64,000 bases of DNA. It comes from Candidatus Eremiobacteria bacterium (GTDB taxonomy: Bacteria > Vulcanimicrobiota > Vulcanimicrobiia > Vulcanimicrobiales > Vulcanimicrobiaceae). How positions within the stretch are numbered: position 1 is the stretch's first letter; every line of letters begins with the position of its first letter. Made by a program: the position numbers and the translations under genes. Shown one piece after another: positions 52,520 through 62,546 of the stretch. The notes under the pieces were generated by a model that worked only from the letters and a program-made list of their open reading frames with translations, was not told the origin of the DNA and searched no databases. The stretch lies in assembly GCA_963758295.1 (NCBI GenBank), contig CAVWUU010000004.1, positions 1,120,001-1,184,000 on the forward strand, in the 5' to 3' direction.

Positions 52520-52836
52520 TTACCCTTTCAACGCCGCCACTTCGTCGACATCGACGTATTTGGCGGTACGGAAGACGGTCACGACGATTGCGAGCCGATA
52601 GCCGCTTCGGCGGCGGCGACGGTGATCACGAGAAACGCAAAGATGTGGCCCGCATTGTTGATCCACGCCCGCGAAAACGCCATGAACAACAAATTGGCGG
52701 AGTTGAACATCAGCTCGATCGACATCAGCATGATCAGCGGATTACGGCGGAGGATCACGCCCGCCGACACCGATGAAAAAGATCACCGCCGAAAGCGCAA
52801 CGTAGTTCGCCAAAGGCAACGGCGCATGGCGTTCAT
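52520..52836 (-). CDS. nuoK: NADH-quinone oxidoreductase subunit K (indels)
   Basis: [25 protein letters not shown]. Confidence 0.9.
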
Positions 52837-53439
52837 CTACTCGCCTCCCCGCAGAATCGCCTCGCGCATTTCGCGCCGGACTTCCGCAGCCTGCTTCGGC
52901 GAGGGCGCGTTGGCTCGTTGATCGCCGGCGAGCAGAATGACGCCGATGACCGCGACCATCAGAATCAGCGCCGTGACTTCGAACGGCAGCAAATGCGTCG
53001 TGAAGAGCGAGCGTCCAAAGTCCGCGACGGAGCCGAACACGTTCGCGTCGCCGACGGGTCCGAACGTCGAACCGCTCGCCGACGTCTGCGGCGTAACGAC
53101 GTTGATGCGCGCGAGCGCATAGGTAAGGAAGCCGAGCGCAACGAGCAACAGCACGATCGCCGGCGCGCCGATCTTCGGCAGCCGGTCCGGCCCCGTCGCA
53201 AACGGAGCGACGCCGCTGCTAAGCAGCGCGATGACGAACACGAAAAGAATCATGATGGCGCCCGAGTACACGATGATTTGCATCGCAGCGATAAACTCGG
53301 CGTTCAGCGTGAGATACATGGCCGCGAGCGCAGCGAAGTGGCCGAGCAGGGCAACGACGCTGTACACCGGCTTTTTAGCCGTGACGCACCAGATCGCCGT
53401 CGCAACCATGATGATGGCCAAAATCCAGAATCCAACCAT
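52837..53439 (-). CDS. nuoJ: NADH-quinone oxidoreductase subunit J
   Basis: AEFIAAMQIIVYSGAIMILFVF, LPFEV. Confidence 0.95.
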   Translation of the reverse strand: MVGFWILAIIMVATAIWCVTAKKPVYSVVALLGHFAALAAMYLTLNAEFIAAMQIIVYSGAIMILFVFVIALLSSGVAPFATGPDRLPKIGAPAIVLLLVALGFLTYALARINVVTPQTSASGSTFGPVGDANVFGSVADFGRSLFTTHLLPFEVTALILMVAVIGVILLAGDQRANAPSPKQAAEVRREMREAILRGGE

Positions 53440-54080
53440 CAGTTAGGACCGCCTTCCCGCCACGCGTCGTCCTTCGCTTGCTTCAGGATAGCCAGTCCGC
53501 TGCGTTGGGTCTTCAAAATCTCGCCACGAGCGGTCGCCGAATAGCCCTCATCGACGTCGGTCGTGGATTTGATTTCCGCTACGCGGCCCAGATCGGCGGG
53601 AATGCCGTTCGGGCGCTCGTCCGGGGCCGAGCCCACGCCGGCTTCCGGCGGCACGAGCAGCCGGTCTTTAGCGTAGATGAAAGAGCCGCGGCGATAGTCC
53701 GCCATCTCGAAGCGCGGCGTGAGCACGATCGCGTCGGTCGGACACGCCTCTTCGCACATGCCGCAGAAAATGCAGCGCAATTCGTCGATCTCGTAGCGGG
53801 CAGCATAGCGTTCGCCCGGCGACTTCCGATCGTCGGGCGTATTTTCCGCGCCGATGACCGTGATCGCATTTGCCGGGCACGCGCTCGAGCAAAGTTCGCA
53901 GCCGATGCAGCGTTCTTTCCCGTCGGCGTACCGGCGCAGTTCGTGCAGCCCGTGGAAGCGCGGAGCATGCTGCTTCTTTACCGTCGGATATTCGATCGTC
54001 GGGCGTTTCGCGAACATGAATTTGAAGGTGATCGAGAGTCCCTTGAGGATCGCGCCCACGTTGTAGAGCTGTTTTCTCAT
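53439..54080 (-). CDS. nuoI: NADH-quinone oxidoreductase subunit I
   Basis: CIGCELCSSACP, CIFCGMCEEACP. Confidence 0.95.
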   Translation of the reverse strand: MRKQLYNVGAILKGLSITFKFMFAKRPTIEYPTVKKQHAPRFHGLHELRRYADGKERCIGCELCSSACPANAITVIGAENTPDDRKSPGERYAARYEIDELRCIFCGMCEEACPTDAIVLTPRFEMADYRRGSFIYAKDRLLVPPEAGVGSAPDERPNGIPADLGRVAEIKSTTDVDEGYSATARGEILKTQRSGLAILKQAKDDAWREGGPN

Positions 54081-54081
54081 G

Positions 54082-55088
54082 CTAGCCTTTGAGTGCGACG
54101 ATGATCGCCGTCACGATGAGATTGAGCGTTGCTACCGGCAGCAGCACCTTCCAGCCAAACGCCATGAGGCGGTCATACCGGAAACGCGGCAGCGTTGCAC
54201 GCAGCCAGATGTAAAAGAACATAAAGAAGCCGACTTTGATGATGAACCAGATGATGCCCGGAACCATCGTCAAGCCGAACATCGCGTTCCAGCCGCCGAA
54301 AAACAGCAGCGTCGCGATGCACGAGACCGTCAGCATGTTGACGTATTCGGCGATGAAAAACAAGCCGAAGCGCAAGCCGGAATACTCGGTGTGAAAACCG
54401 GCAACGAGCTCGGTCTCCGCTTCGACCAAGTCGAACGGCGCGCGATTGGTTTCCGCGACGGCCGTAATAATGTAGACGAGGAATCCGACGATCTGCGGAA
54501 CGAAAAACCACCACTTGCTTGCGCGTTCACGATTCCGTCGAGCGACGTCGTGCCCGCAATGATCAACACGCCGACGAACGAAAGCGACATGCCCAGTTCG
54601 TAGCTGATCATTTGCGCGGTCGCGCGCACGCTGCCGAGCAGCGGATACTTCGAACCCGAAGCCCAGCCGCCGAGCGAGATGCCATACACGCCGATCGACG
54701 TAATGGCAAGCAAGAACAAAATGCCGGCGTTGACGTTGCCGATCGCCCACGTGCCGGACGAACTTGCGCCGAACGGAATGATCGCGTACACCGAAAACGC
54801 GGTCAACAGCGAAATGAACGGCGCCAGCCGGTAGATCAGCGGGTCGGCCGATTTCGGCGTGAGATCTTCTTTTAGAATGAGTTTCGCTGCGTCGGCCGCC
54901 GGCTGCATGAGGCCCCACGGACCCACGCGATTGGGCCCTGGACGAAGCTGCATCCACCCAAGCACCTTGCGCTCGCCAAGCATCGCGTAGGCGAACGTCG
55001 TCACGACGACCAGCAACAGAATCGCCGACTTGACGAGCATGACGAGCCACGCGGGCGTAGCGTTGAGCGTATTTACAAGTCCTTGCAT
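54082..55088 (-). CDS. nuoH: NADH-quinone oxidoreductase subunit H (frameshift near 54520)
   Basis: [42 protein letters not shown]. Confidence 0.95.
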
Positions 55089-57130
55089 TACGCGTTCACC
55101 AAATCGATCGTCACGACACCGTTCATTTCACGTACGCCGTGTGCGATGCGGACGGGATCGATGCGCTCGTCGTGCGCGCTCGTGCCCCCGCCGTCCCAGA
55201 TCGAGCGTTTCACGTTTTCGCTTCCGGCTGCGTTCGTTTGCAGCGGCGCACCGTAGTCTTTGTCACCGAAACTTCCGTCGAACGGCTTCGCCGCCGCCGC
55301 GAAAACGGCGGTCTCGAGCTCTTCGAGCGCCGGCAACGTGAGATCGAACTGCTGCGCCAGCCCGACGAGCATTTCCAGATCCGAAAGCGCGCCGTCCGGA
55401 GCTTCGAGCGATTTATTCACCGGCAACAGATCGCCCGCCAAATTCGTGGTCGTGCCGCTCTTCTCGAATGCGCCCTTCGCAGGAAGCACGAGCGTTGCAA
55501 GCTGCGCCGTCTCGGTCATGAACAGCTCGCTGACGACGACGAACGGCGTGTTTTGAAGCGCTTCACGCACCGCGTCGGCTCCCGCTGCGCTGTTGCGAAC
55601 CGGATTGACGCCGAAGAGCGAGAGCACGTGCATCTTGCCTTCGCGTGCATCTTGGAGCATTTGGAAACCGTCTTTGCCGCCGTCGCGCGGCAACACGCCC
55701 ATTGCTTCGGCGCCGCGCGCGTTGGGCTGTTCGCCCGTAACGTACGTCAGACAATCGACTGAGCTCGCCGCATTCACGAGTTCGAGCCCGAGCGCAGGGT
55801 CGTTGCCGTCCCAAATCAACGCAACGGTGCCGTCCTTCGGCAGTTGCGCGATCGCCTCGGAGACGTTCGCGACGTCGGTGTGCGCGAAGTTCGGACGCGG
55901 ATCCGTGCTCGCGATGCGAATCAGCTTGGCCTCGTTCTTCGTAACCGCTTTGATGACGCGCAGCCACATAACGGGAGCGCGTTCTTCCGGCGACTCGCCG
56001 GCAATCACGATCGCCGACGCTTTTTCCAGCGCCGCAAGCGAGCCGCTCTTCGCGCCGGGCGATGCCTGGCGTTGAACGCCGGCGCGCCAATCGACGTTCT
56101 TCACCCCGATCGCTCGAAACACGTGTTGCAGCAAGTACGCTTCTTCGTTCAAAAGACGTCCGCCGCCGATCGTTCCGGCCGACGAAGGATCGGTCGCGAG
56201 CGCTTCTCTAACGGCTTTCGCCCAGAGCGAGAGCGCATCGTCCCAAGCGATCTGCACGAACTGGCCGTCGTGCTTGTAGAGCGGCTGAGTAATGCGCTCT
56301 TTCGAGGCGTAGAAGCCGATGTTGTAGCGGCCGCGGTCGCAGAGCCAGCCGTCCGAAATCGCATCGTCGTGCTCGACCGACATCGTGCGCAGCACGTTAC
56401 CGAGACGAACGTCGGAGAATTGCTGGCAGCCGACGGAGCACTGCGTGCAGCTCGTCTGCGTCCGATTCAGATCCCACGGGCGGGATTTGAAGCGGTACGT
56501 CTTCGAGGTGAGCGCGCCGACCGGGCACAGTTCCGTGACGTTGCCGGTAAAGTTGTGCGTATACGCATCCCCGGTCGAGGTGGCGATGATGTCGTTGTGC
56601 CCGCGATCTTTGACGATGAGCTGGCTTTCCGCCGCGATGATGTCGTCGAACCGCACGCAGCGCTGGCAAACCACGCAGCGCTCTTCGTCCAAAACGATCG
56701 TCGGGCCAAGCTCGACGCCCTTCGGCTTGCTAAGCTTCCCCTCGGCGTTGTCGGAGCTTCCGCGTCCATATGCCATCGCGTAGTCTTGCAAATCGCATTC
56801 GCCGCCCTTGTCGCAAATGGGACAATCCAGCGGGTGATTCACGAGCAAGAGTTCGAGGATCATCGAACGCCCGGCGTCGACTTTCTCGTTTTGCGTCTTG
56901 ACGACCATGCCGTCCGCAACCGGCGTATTGCACGCGATCTGCAGCTTGGGCATGCCTTCGATCTCGACCAGACACACGCGGCATAGACCGGCCGGTCCAA
57001 GCTTTGTGTGATAGCAGTAGACGGGAATCTCTTGCTTGATCTTCTTCGCAGCTTCCACCAGCAGCGTGCCTTTCGGTACCGAAACCTGCACGCCGTCGAT
57101 GTGAAGCGAAACCATGTGTTCGTCAGCCAT
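55088..57130 (-). CDS. nuoG: NADH-quinone oxidoreductase subunit G
   Basis: [39 protein letters not shown]...C. Confidence 0.95.
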   Translation of the reverse strand: MADEHMVSLHIDGVQVSVPKGTLLVEAAKKIKQEIPVYCYHTKLGPAGLCRVCLVEIEGMPKLQIACNTPVADGMVVKTQNEKVDAGRSMILELLLVNHPLDCPICDKGGECDLQDYAMAYGRGSSDNAEGKLSKPKGVELGPTIVLDEERCVVCQRCVRFDDIIAAESQLIVKDRGHNDIIATSTGDAYTHNFTGNVTELCPVGALTSKTYRFKSRPWDLNRTQTSCTQCSVGCQQFSDVRLGNVLRTMSVEHDDAISDGWLCDRGRYNIGFYASKERITQPLYKHDGQFVQIAWDDALSLWAKAVREALATDPSSAGTIGGGRLLNEEAYLLQHVFRAIGVKNVDWRAGVQRQASPGAKSGSLAALEKASAIVIAGESPEERAPVMWLRVIKAVTKNEAKLIRIASTDPRPNFAHTDVANVSEAIAQLPKDGTVALIWDGNDPALGLELVNAASSVDCLTYVTGEQPNARGAEAMGVLPRDGGKDGFQMLQDAREGKMHVLSLFGVNPVRNSAAGADAVREALQNTPFVVVSELFMTETAQLATLVLPAKGAFEKSGTTTNLAGDLLPVNKSLEAPDGALSDLEMLVGLAQQFDLTLPALEELETAVFAAAAKPFDGSFGDKDYGAPLQTNAAGSENVKRSIWDGGGTSAHDERIDPVRIAHGVREMNGVVTIDLVNA

Positions 57131-58387
57131 TTACACTTTTTCCAAATCCATGCAGCGAGCTTCGAACTGCTCGGGGAAGCGAGTCAACACCGATTTCAAG
57201 AACGGCTCGATCGAGTCGCCGAGCGCGCACAGGTTCAAGCCCGTGATCGTACCGCTCACGCGAGAGATCATCTCCAGGTCGCTGCCTAGGCCTCGACCTT
57301 CTACGAACCGATGCAGCACGCGTTCGAGCCAATAGCCGCCCTCGCGGCAGGGCGTACATTGCCCGCACGACTCGTGCGCGTAGAAACGCACCATGTTGAA
57401 CGCGGCTTTGACGAAGTCGGTCGAATCGTCGAACACCGTGAAGGCGCCCGAACCGAGCATCGAGCCGGCCTTTGCGATATTTTCGTAATCGTACGGCCAG
57501 TCGAGGTGTTCTTCAAAAATGCACGCCGATGAACCGCCGCCCGGCTGCACCGCCATAAAATTGCGTCCGGGGCGCAAACCGCCGGCGATTTCGATAATCT
57601 CGCGCACCGTTGTACCGAGCGGCACTTCGTAATTCCCGGGCTTTTGCACGTGTCCGGAGACCGAAACGATCTTGAAGCCTTTGCTGCGTTCCGTGCCCAC
57701 CGATGCGAACCACTCCCAGCCTTTTTCGAGGATAGGCACGAGATACGCAAGCGTTTCGACGTTGTTGACGACAGTCGGCATGCCGTAGAGCCCCGCGACG
57801 GCGGGGAACGGCGGCTTCAAACGCGGTTCGCCGCGTTTGCCTTCGAGCGAATTCAGCAGCGCGGTTTCTTCGCCGCAGATATAGGCGCCGGCGCCGCGAT
57901 GCACGGTTACTTCCAGATCGTAGCCCGAGCCGAAAAGATTTTTTCCGACGAACCCGGCCGCTCGCGCTTCCGCGAGCGCGCGCATGAAGATTTCGTAGCC
58001 TTCTTTGAACTCGCCGCGGATGTAAATGAACGCGTGATGCGAGTTGATGCCGTACGCGCCGAGAAGAATGCCTTCCAGCACCAAGTGCGGCGTCTGCTCG
58101 AGGAGCATGTGATCTTTGAACGTGCCGGGTTCCGCCTCGTCGCAGTTGCAAACGAGGTAGCGCGGCGAGTCGTTCTTCGGCAAAAAACTCCACTTGCGGC
58201 CGGTCGGAAATCCGGCGCCGCCGCGCCCGCGCAGTTGCGATTTATCGCATGCTTCCAACACGTCGGCCGGCGTGAGCTCGCGCACGGCGCGCTCCCACTG
58301 CTTGTAGCCGCCGCGATCGCGATAGACGCCGATGTCGGTGAGATTCGCCTCCCCGATTCCGGCGGTTAAAACCTTAGTGACCGCCAT
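57131..58387 (-). CDS. nuoF: NADH-quinone oxidoreductase subunit F
   Basis: GRGGAGFPTG, GAGAYICGEETAL, ESCGQCTPCREG. Confidence 0.95.
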   Translation of the reverse strand: MAVTKVLTAGIGEANLTDIGVYRDRGGYKQWERAVRELTPADVLEACDKSQLRGRGGAGFPTGRKWSFLPKNDSPRYLVCNCDEAEPGTFKDHMLLEQTPHLVLEGILLGAYGINSHHAFIYIRGEFKEGYEIFMRALAEARAAGFVGKNLFGSGYDLEVTVHRGAGAYICGEETALLNSLEGKRGEPRLKPPFPAVAGLYGMPTVVNNVETLAYLVPILEKGWEWFASVGTERSKGFKIVSVSGHVQKPGNYEVPLGTTVREIIEIAGGLRPGRNFMAVQPGGGSSACIFEEHLDWPYDYENIAKAGSMLGSGAFTVFDDSTDFVKAAFNMVRFYAHESCGQCTPCREGGYWLERVLHRFVEGRGLGSDLEMISRVSGTITGLNLCALGDSIEPFLKSVLTRFPEQFEARCMDLEKV

Positions 58388-59297
58388 TTTCGGAATTCCT
58401 TTTTAATCCGGAGCCTGTCGAAGGGCTTTCTTGAAGATCGAAAACGCCGTGGCGGTCGACGACGGCACGTTCGCGGGAACGGCCGGTGAACTCGATCGGC
58501 TTCGTGAGGAAACGATCCAGCATAATCACTCCGCTCTCGTCGCCTACGCCGCCGGCGTTGTTCGGCAGCGTCGAGCTGCGCGTGCCGGGTGCTTTTCTGC
58601 CCGTTCCGACTTGCGCATCTTGAGCGACGGTCCACGTACGGCCCGGCTGCTCGCTCTGCACGAGCGGCTTGGTACCATACGCACCGGTGCGCATCAACTC
58701 GATCATTTCATCGATCATCTGCGGCGTGAGATCGTACACGAACTCCAGGTTTACTTGCATGCACGTGGCGCGATCGCAAGCCGCAAGACACTCCACTTCT
58801 TCGTATGAGAAGAGACCGTCTTCCGTCGTTTGCAGGTGGCCGATGCCGAGCTTTTCGCGGAAATACGCCATAATGTCGTCGGCGCCGTTGATCTGACACA
58901 TCAGCCCCCGGCACACTTGCAACATGTACTTGCCGACCGGCTTGCGGAAGAACAGCGTATAGAAAGACACGGTCGATTCGACGACGGCAGGCGAAAGACT
59001 CAACATCTCCGCGGCGGCGCGCATCGCGTCTGCCGTGACGAAACCCTGATGCGACTGGAACAGATGCATCATCGGCAATAGCGCGGAACGCGAGTTCTCG
59101 TACTGCGCGATGATTCGCTCGCACTCCGGGCGCAGCGTTTCAAGCAGCGCCTGAAACTCCGGCGAGTGCATGCTCTCGCGCTCGACCCGGCGCAAGCCCG
59201 AATGTTCCAAATGCGGCTCGTTCGCCGCTTCGATGTTTTGTGAAGCCAATTTTTGCTCGTTGCCGTCGCCCATAGGCGGATTCGGTGAACTGTGCAT
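58374..59297 (-). CDS. nuoE: NADH-quinone oxidoreductase subunit E with N- and C-terminal extensions
   Basis: VCRGLMC, ECLAACD [2Fe-2S] motifs; operon position. Confidence 0.9.
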   Translation of the reverse strand: MHSSPNPPMGDGNEQKLASQNIEAANEPHLEHSGLRRVERESMHSPEFQALLETLRPECERIIAQYENSRSALLPMMHLFQSHQGFVTADAMRAAAEMLSLSPAVVESTVSFYTLFFRKPVGKYMLQVCRGLMCQINGADDIMAYFREKLGIGHLQTTEDGLFSYEEVECLAACDRATCMQVNLEFVYDLTPQMIDEMIELMRTGAYGTKPLVQSEQPGRTWTVAQDAQVGTGRKAPGTRSSTLPNNAGGVGDESGVIMLDRFLTKPIEFTGRSRERAVVDRHGVFDLQESPSTGSGLKRNSENGGH

Positions 59298-60517
59298 CAG
59301 CGATCGACCTCGCCGAAGACGGGATCCAGCGACCCGATGCAGACGACCAGGTCCGCGATCAAGTTGCCGGGCGCCATGCCTTTGAGCGCCTGCAAATTGT
59401 ACATTGACGGTGGGCGCGTGCGGATGCGATAAGGACGGTTCTCGCCGTTGCTCACGATGTAGAAGCCGAGTTCGCCGCGCGGGCCCTCGACCGCCTGATA
59501 GATGTCACCCGGCGGAACGCGGAAGCCTTCGCTAACGATCTTGAAGTGGTGGATCAACGCTTCCATCGAAAGCGCGATCGTTTCTTTCGGCGGCTGGAAA
59601 ATCTTCGGATCGTCGATGAGGACGGGCCCCGCAAAGTTCAACTCGTCGCGCACTTGGCGAATGATCTTATGCGACTCTTCCATCTCGTCGAGACGCACGA
59701 GGAAACGCGCGTAAGCGTCGCCTTCGGTGCGCGTCGGTACTTCGAAATCATACTTTTCGTAGCCGCAGTACGGGAACGCGCGACGAACGTCGTAGGCGAT
59801 GCCGCTTGCCCGAAGCGACGGCCCCGTAACGTTCCACTGAATCGCTTCTTCGGGCGAGAGGTAGCCGACGTCGATCGTGCGGTCTTGGAAGATCGGATTC
59901 GCCTGCAGCAACCCTCGCAGCTCCCGCATGCGCCCCGGAAACTTCTCGATCAGCGCGTCGAGCTTAGCGAGGAAGCCTTCCGGCAAATCGCCGTTTACGC
60001 CGCCGACGCGAACGTAGTTCGGATGCATGCGCGCGCCGCCCGCGGCTTCTTGGAGATCCAGAATGTTCTCGCGTAAGTCGAAGGCATAGAAAAAGACCGA
60101 AATTGCGCCCAAATCGATGGCGTGAGTGCCGACCTGCACGCAGTGCGACGCAATGCGCGTCAGTTCCGCGATCAGCACGCGAATTTGTGTCGCACGCGCC
60201 GGAATGCGGCCGGTAATGCCGAGCAGCTTTTCTACGCCGAGCGCGTAGCAAAGCGCGTTGCTTTCGGGCGCCAGGTAGTCCATGCGTTCGACGTTGGTCT
60301 GCGCGGCCGACCAGAACTGATTTTCGCAATTCTTCTCGATGCCGGTGTGGAGGTAGCCGATTTCAGGCTCGGCCTTCACGACGGTTTCACCGTCGATCTC
60401 GAGCATGATCTGTAAAACGCCGTGCGTCGAAGGGTGCTGAGGACCCATCGAAAGCACCATCGCGTTGCCTTCTTGCGAAACGATCTCCGGCGTCAGCGGA
60501 GTAGTGCTCATGCTCAC
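59297..60517 (-). CDS. nuoD: NADH-quinone oxidoreductase subunit D
   Basis: [29 protein letters not shown]. Confidence 0.95.
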   Translation of the reverse strand: MSMSTTPLTPEIVSQEGNAMVLSMGPQHPSTHGVLQIMLEIDGETVVKAEPEIGYLHTGIEKNCENQFWSAAQTNVERMDYLAPESNALCYALGVEKLLGITGRIPARATQIRVLIAELTRIASHCVQVGTHAIDLGAISVFFYAFDLRENILDLQEAAGGARMHPNYVRVGGVNGDLPEGFLAKLDALIEKFPGRMRELRGLLQANPIFQDRTIDVGYLSPEEAIQWNVTGPSLRASGIAYDVRRAFPYCGYEKYDFEVPTRTEGDAYARFLVRLDEMEESHKIIRQVRDELNFAGPVLIDDPKIFQPPKETIALSMEALIHHFKIVSEGFRVPPGDIYQAVEGPRGELGFYIVSNGENRPYRIRTRPPSMYNLQALKGMAPGNLIADLVVCIGSLDPVFGEVDR

Positions 60518-61149
60518 TTGGAATCTTCACCCTTCGTTTCGGTGAGCACGCCGTCGACGTTTTGCGCCTTGCGAATCTGCTCTTGCAGCGCTTCGAGCGT
60601 GCGGCCCGAAGGCGGCGTTCCCGCTTGCACGTTGCTCTTCAATGCGAATGAGGGACGCGGTGCGCGTTCGCGCGCCGGGCCGCGCAACGGATAATCTTTG
60701 CGAAGCGGATGACCTTCCCAATCGTTCGGCATTTGAATGCGGCGCAAATCGGGGTGGCCTTCGAACGCAATGCCGAAGAGGTCCCAAACTTCGCGTTCCG
60801 CCCAATCCGCGGACTTCCACAGATCGACGACGCTCGGCAGGCTCGGGTTCTCGCCGCTCACTCCGCACAGCAGGCGAAAACGCTGGGGCGTTCCGACTTC
60901 TTTGATGCTTGCGACGCGCACGGGCATCTTTAGAAGATGGTAAACGACATCGAAGCGCGGCTCGCGCGGCAGATAGTCCACCGCACCGAGATCGAGGAGC
61001 ATGGTGTAGCCTTCGGCCTTGAGCGCCTGAAGGCGCGCGCGAAGAGCTTGCGGCTCTACCCGTTCGATGAGCGCGTCATCGATAGGCGGACGCACGCTGG
61101 TCGGATCGATGGCGGCACCCGCGATCGGCGGTGTTTGCGTACTCGGCAT
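60514..61149 (-). CDS. nuoC: NADH-quinone oxidoreductase subunit C
   Basis: [29 protein letters not shown]. Confidence 0.95.
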   Translation of the reverse strand: MPSTQTPPIAGAAIDPTSVRPPIDDALIERVEPQALRARLQALKAEGYTMLLDLGAVDYLPREPRFDVVYHLLKMPVRVASIKEVGTPQRFRLLCGVSGENPSLPSVVDLWKSADWAEREVWDLFGIAFEGHPDLRRIQMPNDWEGHPLRKDYPLRGPARERAPRPSFALKSNVQAGTPPSGRTLEALQEQIRKAQNVDGVLTETKGEDSK

Positions 61150-61181
61150 ATTGAAAGAAGTCTCGCTAAAGAATGGTGTGG

Positions 61182-61661
61182 CTACGAGCGGGCTAAAATG
61201 CCGCCGCGGCCGCCTTCACGGATCTGCTGTTGAATCAGATTCACTGCGTAAAGCAAACCGTCGGGCGTCGGCGGACAGCCCGGAACGTAGACGTCGACGG
61301 GAACGATCGTGTCGATGCCCTGCACGATGGCATAATTATCGAAGACGCCGCCCGAACTCGCGCACGCGCCCATCGAAATGACCCACTTCGGGTCGGCCAT
61401 CTGATCGTAGAGACGCTTCACGACCGGAGCCATTTTCTGCGCGACGCGGCCCGAGACGATCATGAGATCGGCTTGGCGCGGCGAGCTGCGGAAGACTTCG
61501 GATCCCAGACGCGCGATGTCGTACTCGGCAGACGTCACGGTCATCATCTCGATCGCGCAACAGGCAAGGCCCATCGTGAGGGGCCAGACAGACGAACTTT
61601 GCGCCCAGCGCGCTACGTCGTCCAAGCGCGCGAGCAGAAATTGCCCCGGACCTATCTCCAC
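61182..61661 (-). CDS. nuoB: NADH-quinone oxidoreductase subunit B
   Basis: [26 protein letters not shown] start at 61661. Confidence 0.95.
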   Translation of the reverse strand: MEIGPGQFLLARLDDVARWAQSSSVWPLTMGLACCAIEMMTVTSAEYDIARLGSEVFRSSPRQADLMIVSGRVAQKMAPVVKRLYDQMADPKWVISMGACASSGGVFDNYAIVQGIDTIVPVDVYVPGCPPTPDGLLYAVNLIQQQIREGGRGGILARS

Positions 61662-62005
61662 TGGAAGCCTCCCTTTTTCCACACGTAGGCGTAGCCGATT
61701 GCAAGGACGATCACGAACACGATCATCTCGATCAATCCGAAGACGCGAAGCGCGTGCATTTGGACGGCCCAAGGATAGAACGACGCTGCTTCAACGTCGA
61801 AGATCACGAAGAGCATTGCGATAAGGTAAAACCGCACCGGAAAGCGGCCGGCGACGGCAGACGTCGGCTCGACACCGCACTCGTACGCTTCTTCTTTTTG
61901 CGGATTCGGTTTGCTGCGTCCGAGCAAACCGGGCAAAAACGTAAACAGCAGCGCGGCAGCGAGCGCGACGCAGAGATAGATTGCGACGGGACCATACGGA
62001 TTCAT
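61652..62005 (-). CDS. nuoA: NADH-quinone oxidoreductase subunit A
   Basis: [18 protein letters not shown]. Confidence 0.95.
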   Translation of the reverse strand: MNPYGPVAIYLCVALAAALLFTFLPGLLGRSKPNPQKEEAYECGVEPTSAVAGRFPVRFYLIAMLFVIFDVEAASFYPWAVQMHALRVFGLIEMIVFVIVLAIGYAYVWKKGGFQWR

Positions 62006-62093
62006 GGCTTGTGAAACTTTTCACAAGCCCTGGAATTTACCTGGGAAACTCACCGCACAGGCGCCGCTAAGTAGCGAAGCGTACTTCTATCGC

Positions 62094-62546
62094 ATGCGCA
62101 ACGGAATACTGGGATTGGTCCTGCTGCTCGCGATGGGCGACAGCTGTTCGAACGGAGTCGTCGGCGTTCAGGACTACGGCACCGTAACCGGACGCGTTCT
62201 AGACGCGACGACGAACAAACCGATCGCAAATGCAATCGTCTCGGTTGGTTCTCTTTATACCGCCACGGCCGACGCGCAGGGCGGGTTTACGATGCCGCAC
62301 ATTCCGATCGGTGACCAGGAAGTGACCGCGCGAGCCCCGGGCTTTACCACGGCGAGACAAGATGTTCGCATCCGAAAGGACCGCCCTGCTAACGCCGGAT
62401 ACCTGCGCATAGTTCCCCTTTCCAAGCCGGACAGCATCGCGACGCTTCCGCCTCCCCCGATGCCCGCAACGCCCGCGCCGACGCCGATCCCCACCTACGT
62501 ACCGCCGTCGCCCTCGCCCTCGGCCGAAGCGAGCACGTCGCCCTAA
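62094..62546 (+). CDS. Secreted or lipoprotein with a carboxypeptidase-regulatory-like domain and Pro-rich tail
   Basis: GTVTGRVLDATTNKPIANA.V...ADAQGGF..APGF. Confidence 0.7.
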   Translation: MRNGILGLVLLLAMGDSCSNGVVGVQDYGTVTGRVLDATTNKPIANAIVSVGSLYTATADAQGGFTMPHIPIGDQEVTARAPGFTTARQDVRIRKDRPANAGYLRIVPLSKPDSIATLPPPPMPATPAPTPIPTYVPPSPSPSAEASTSP

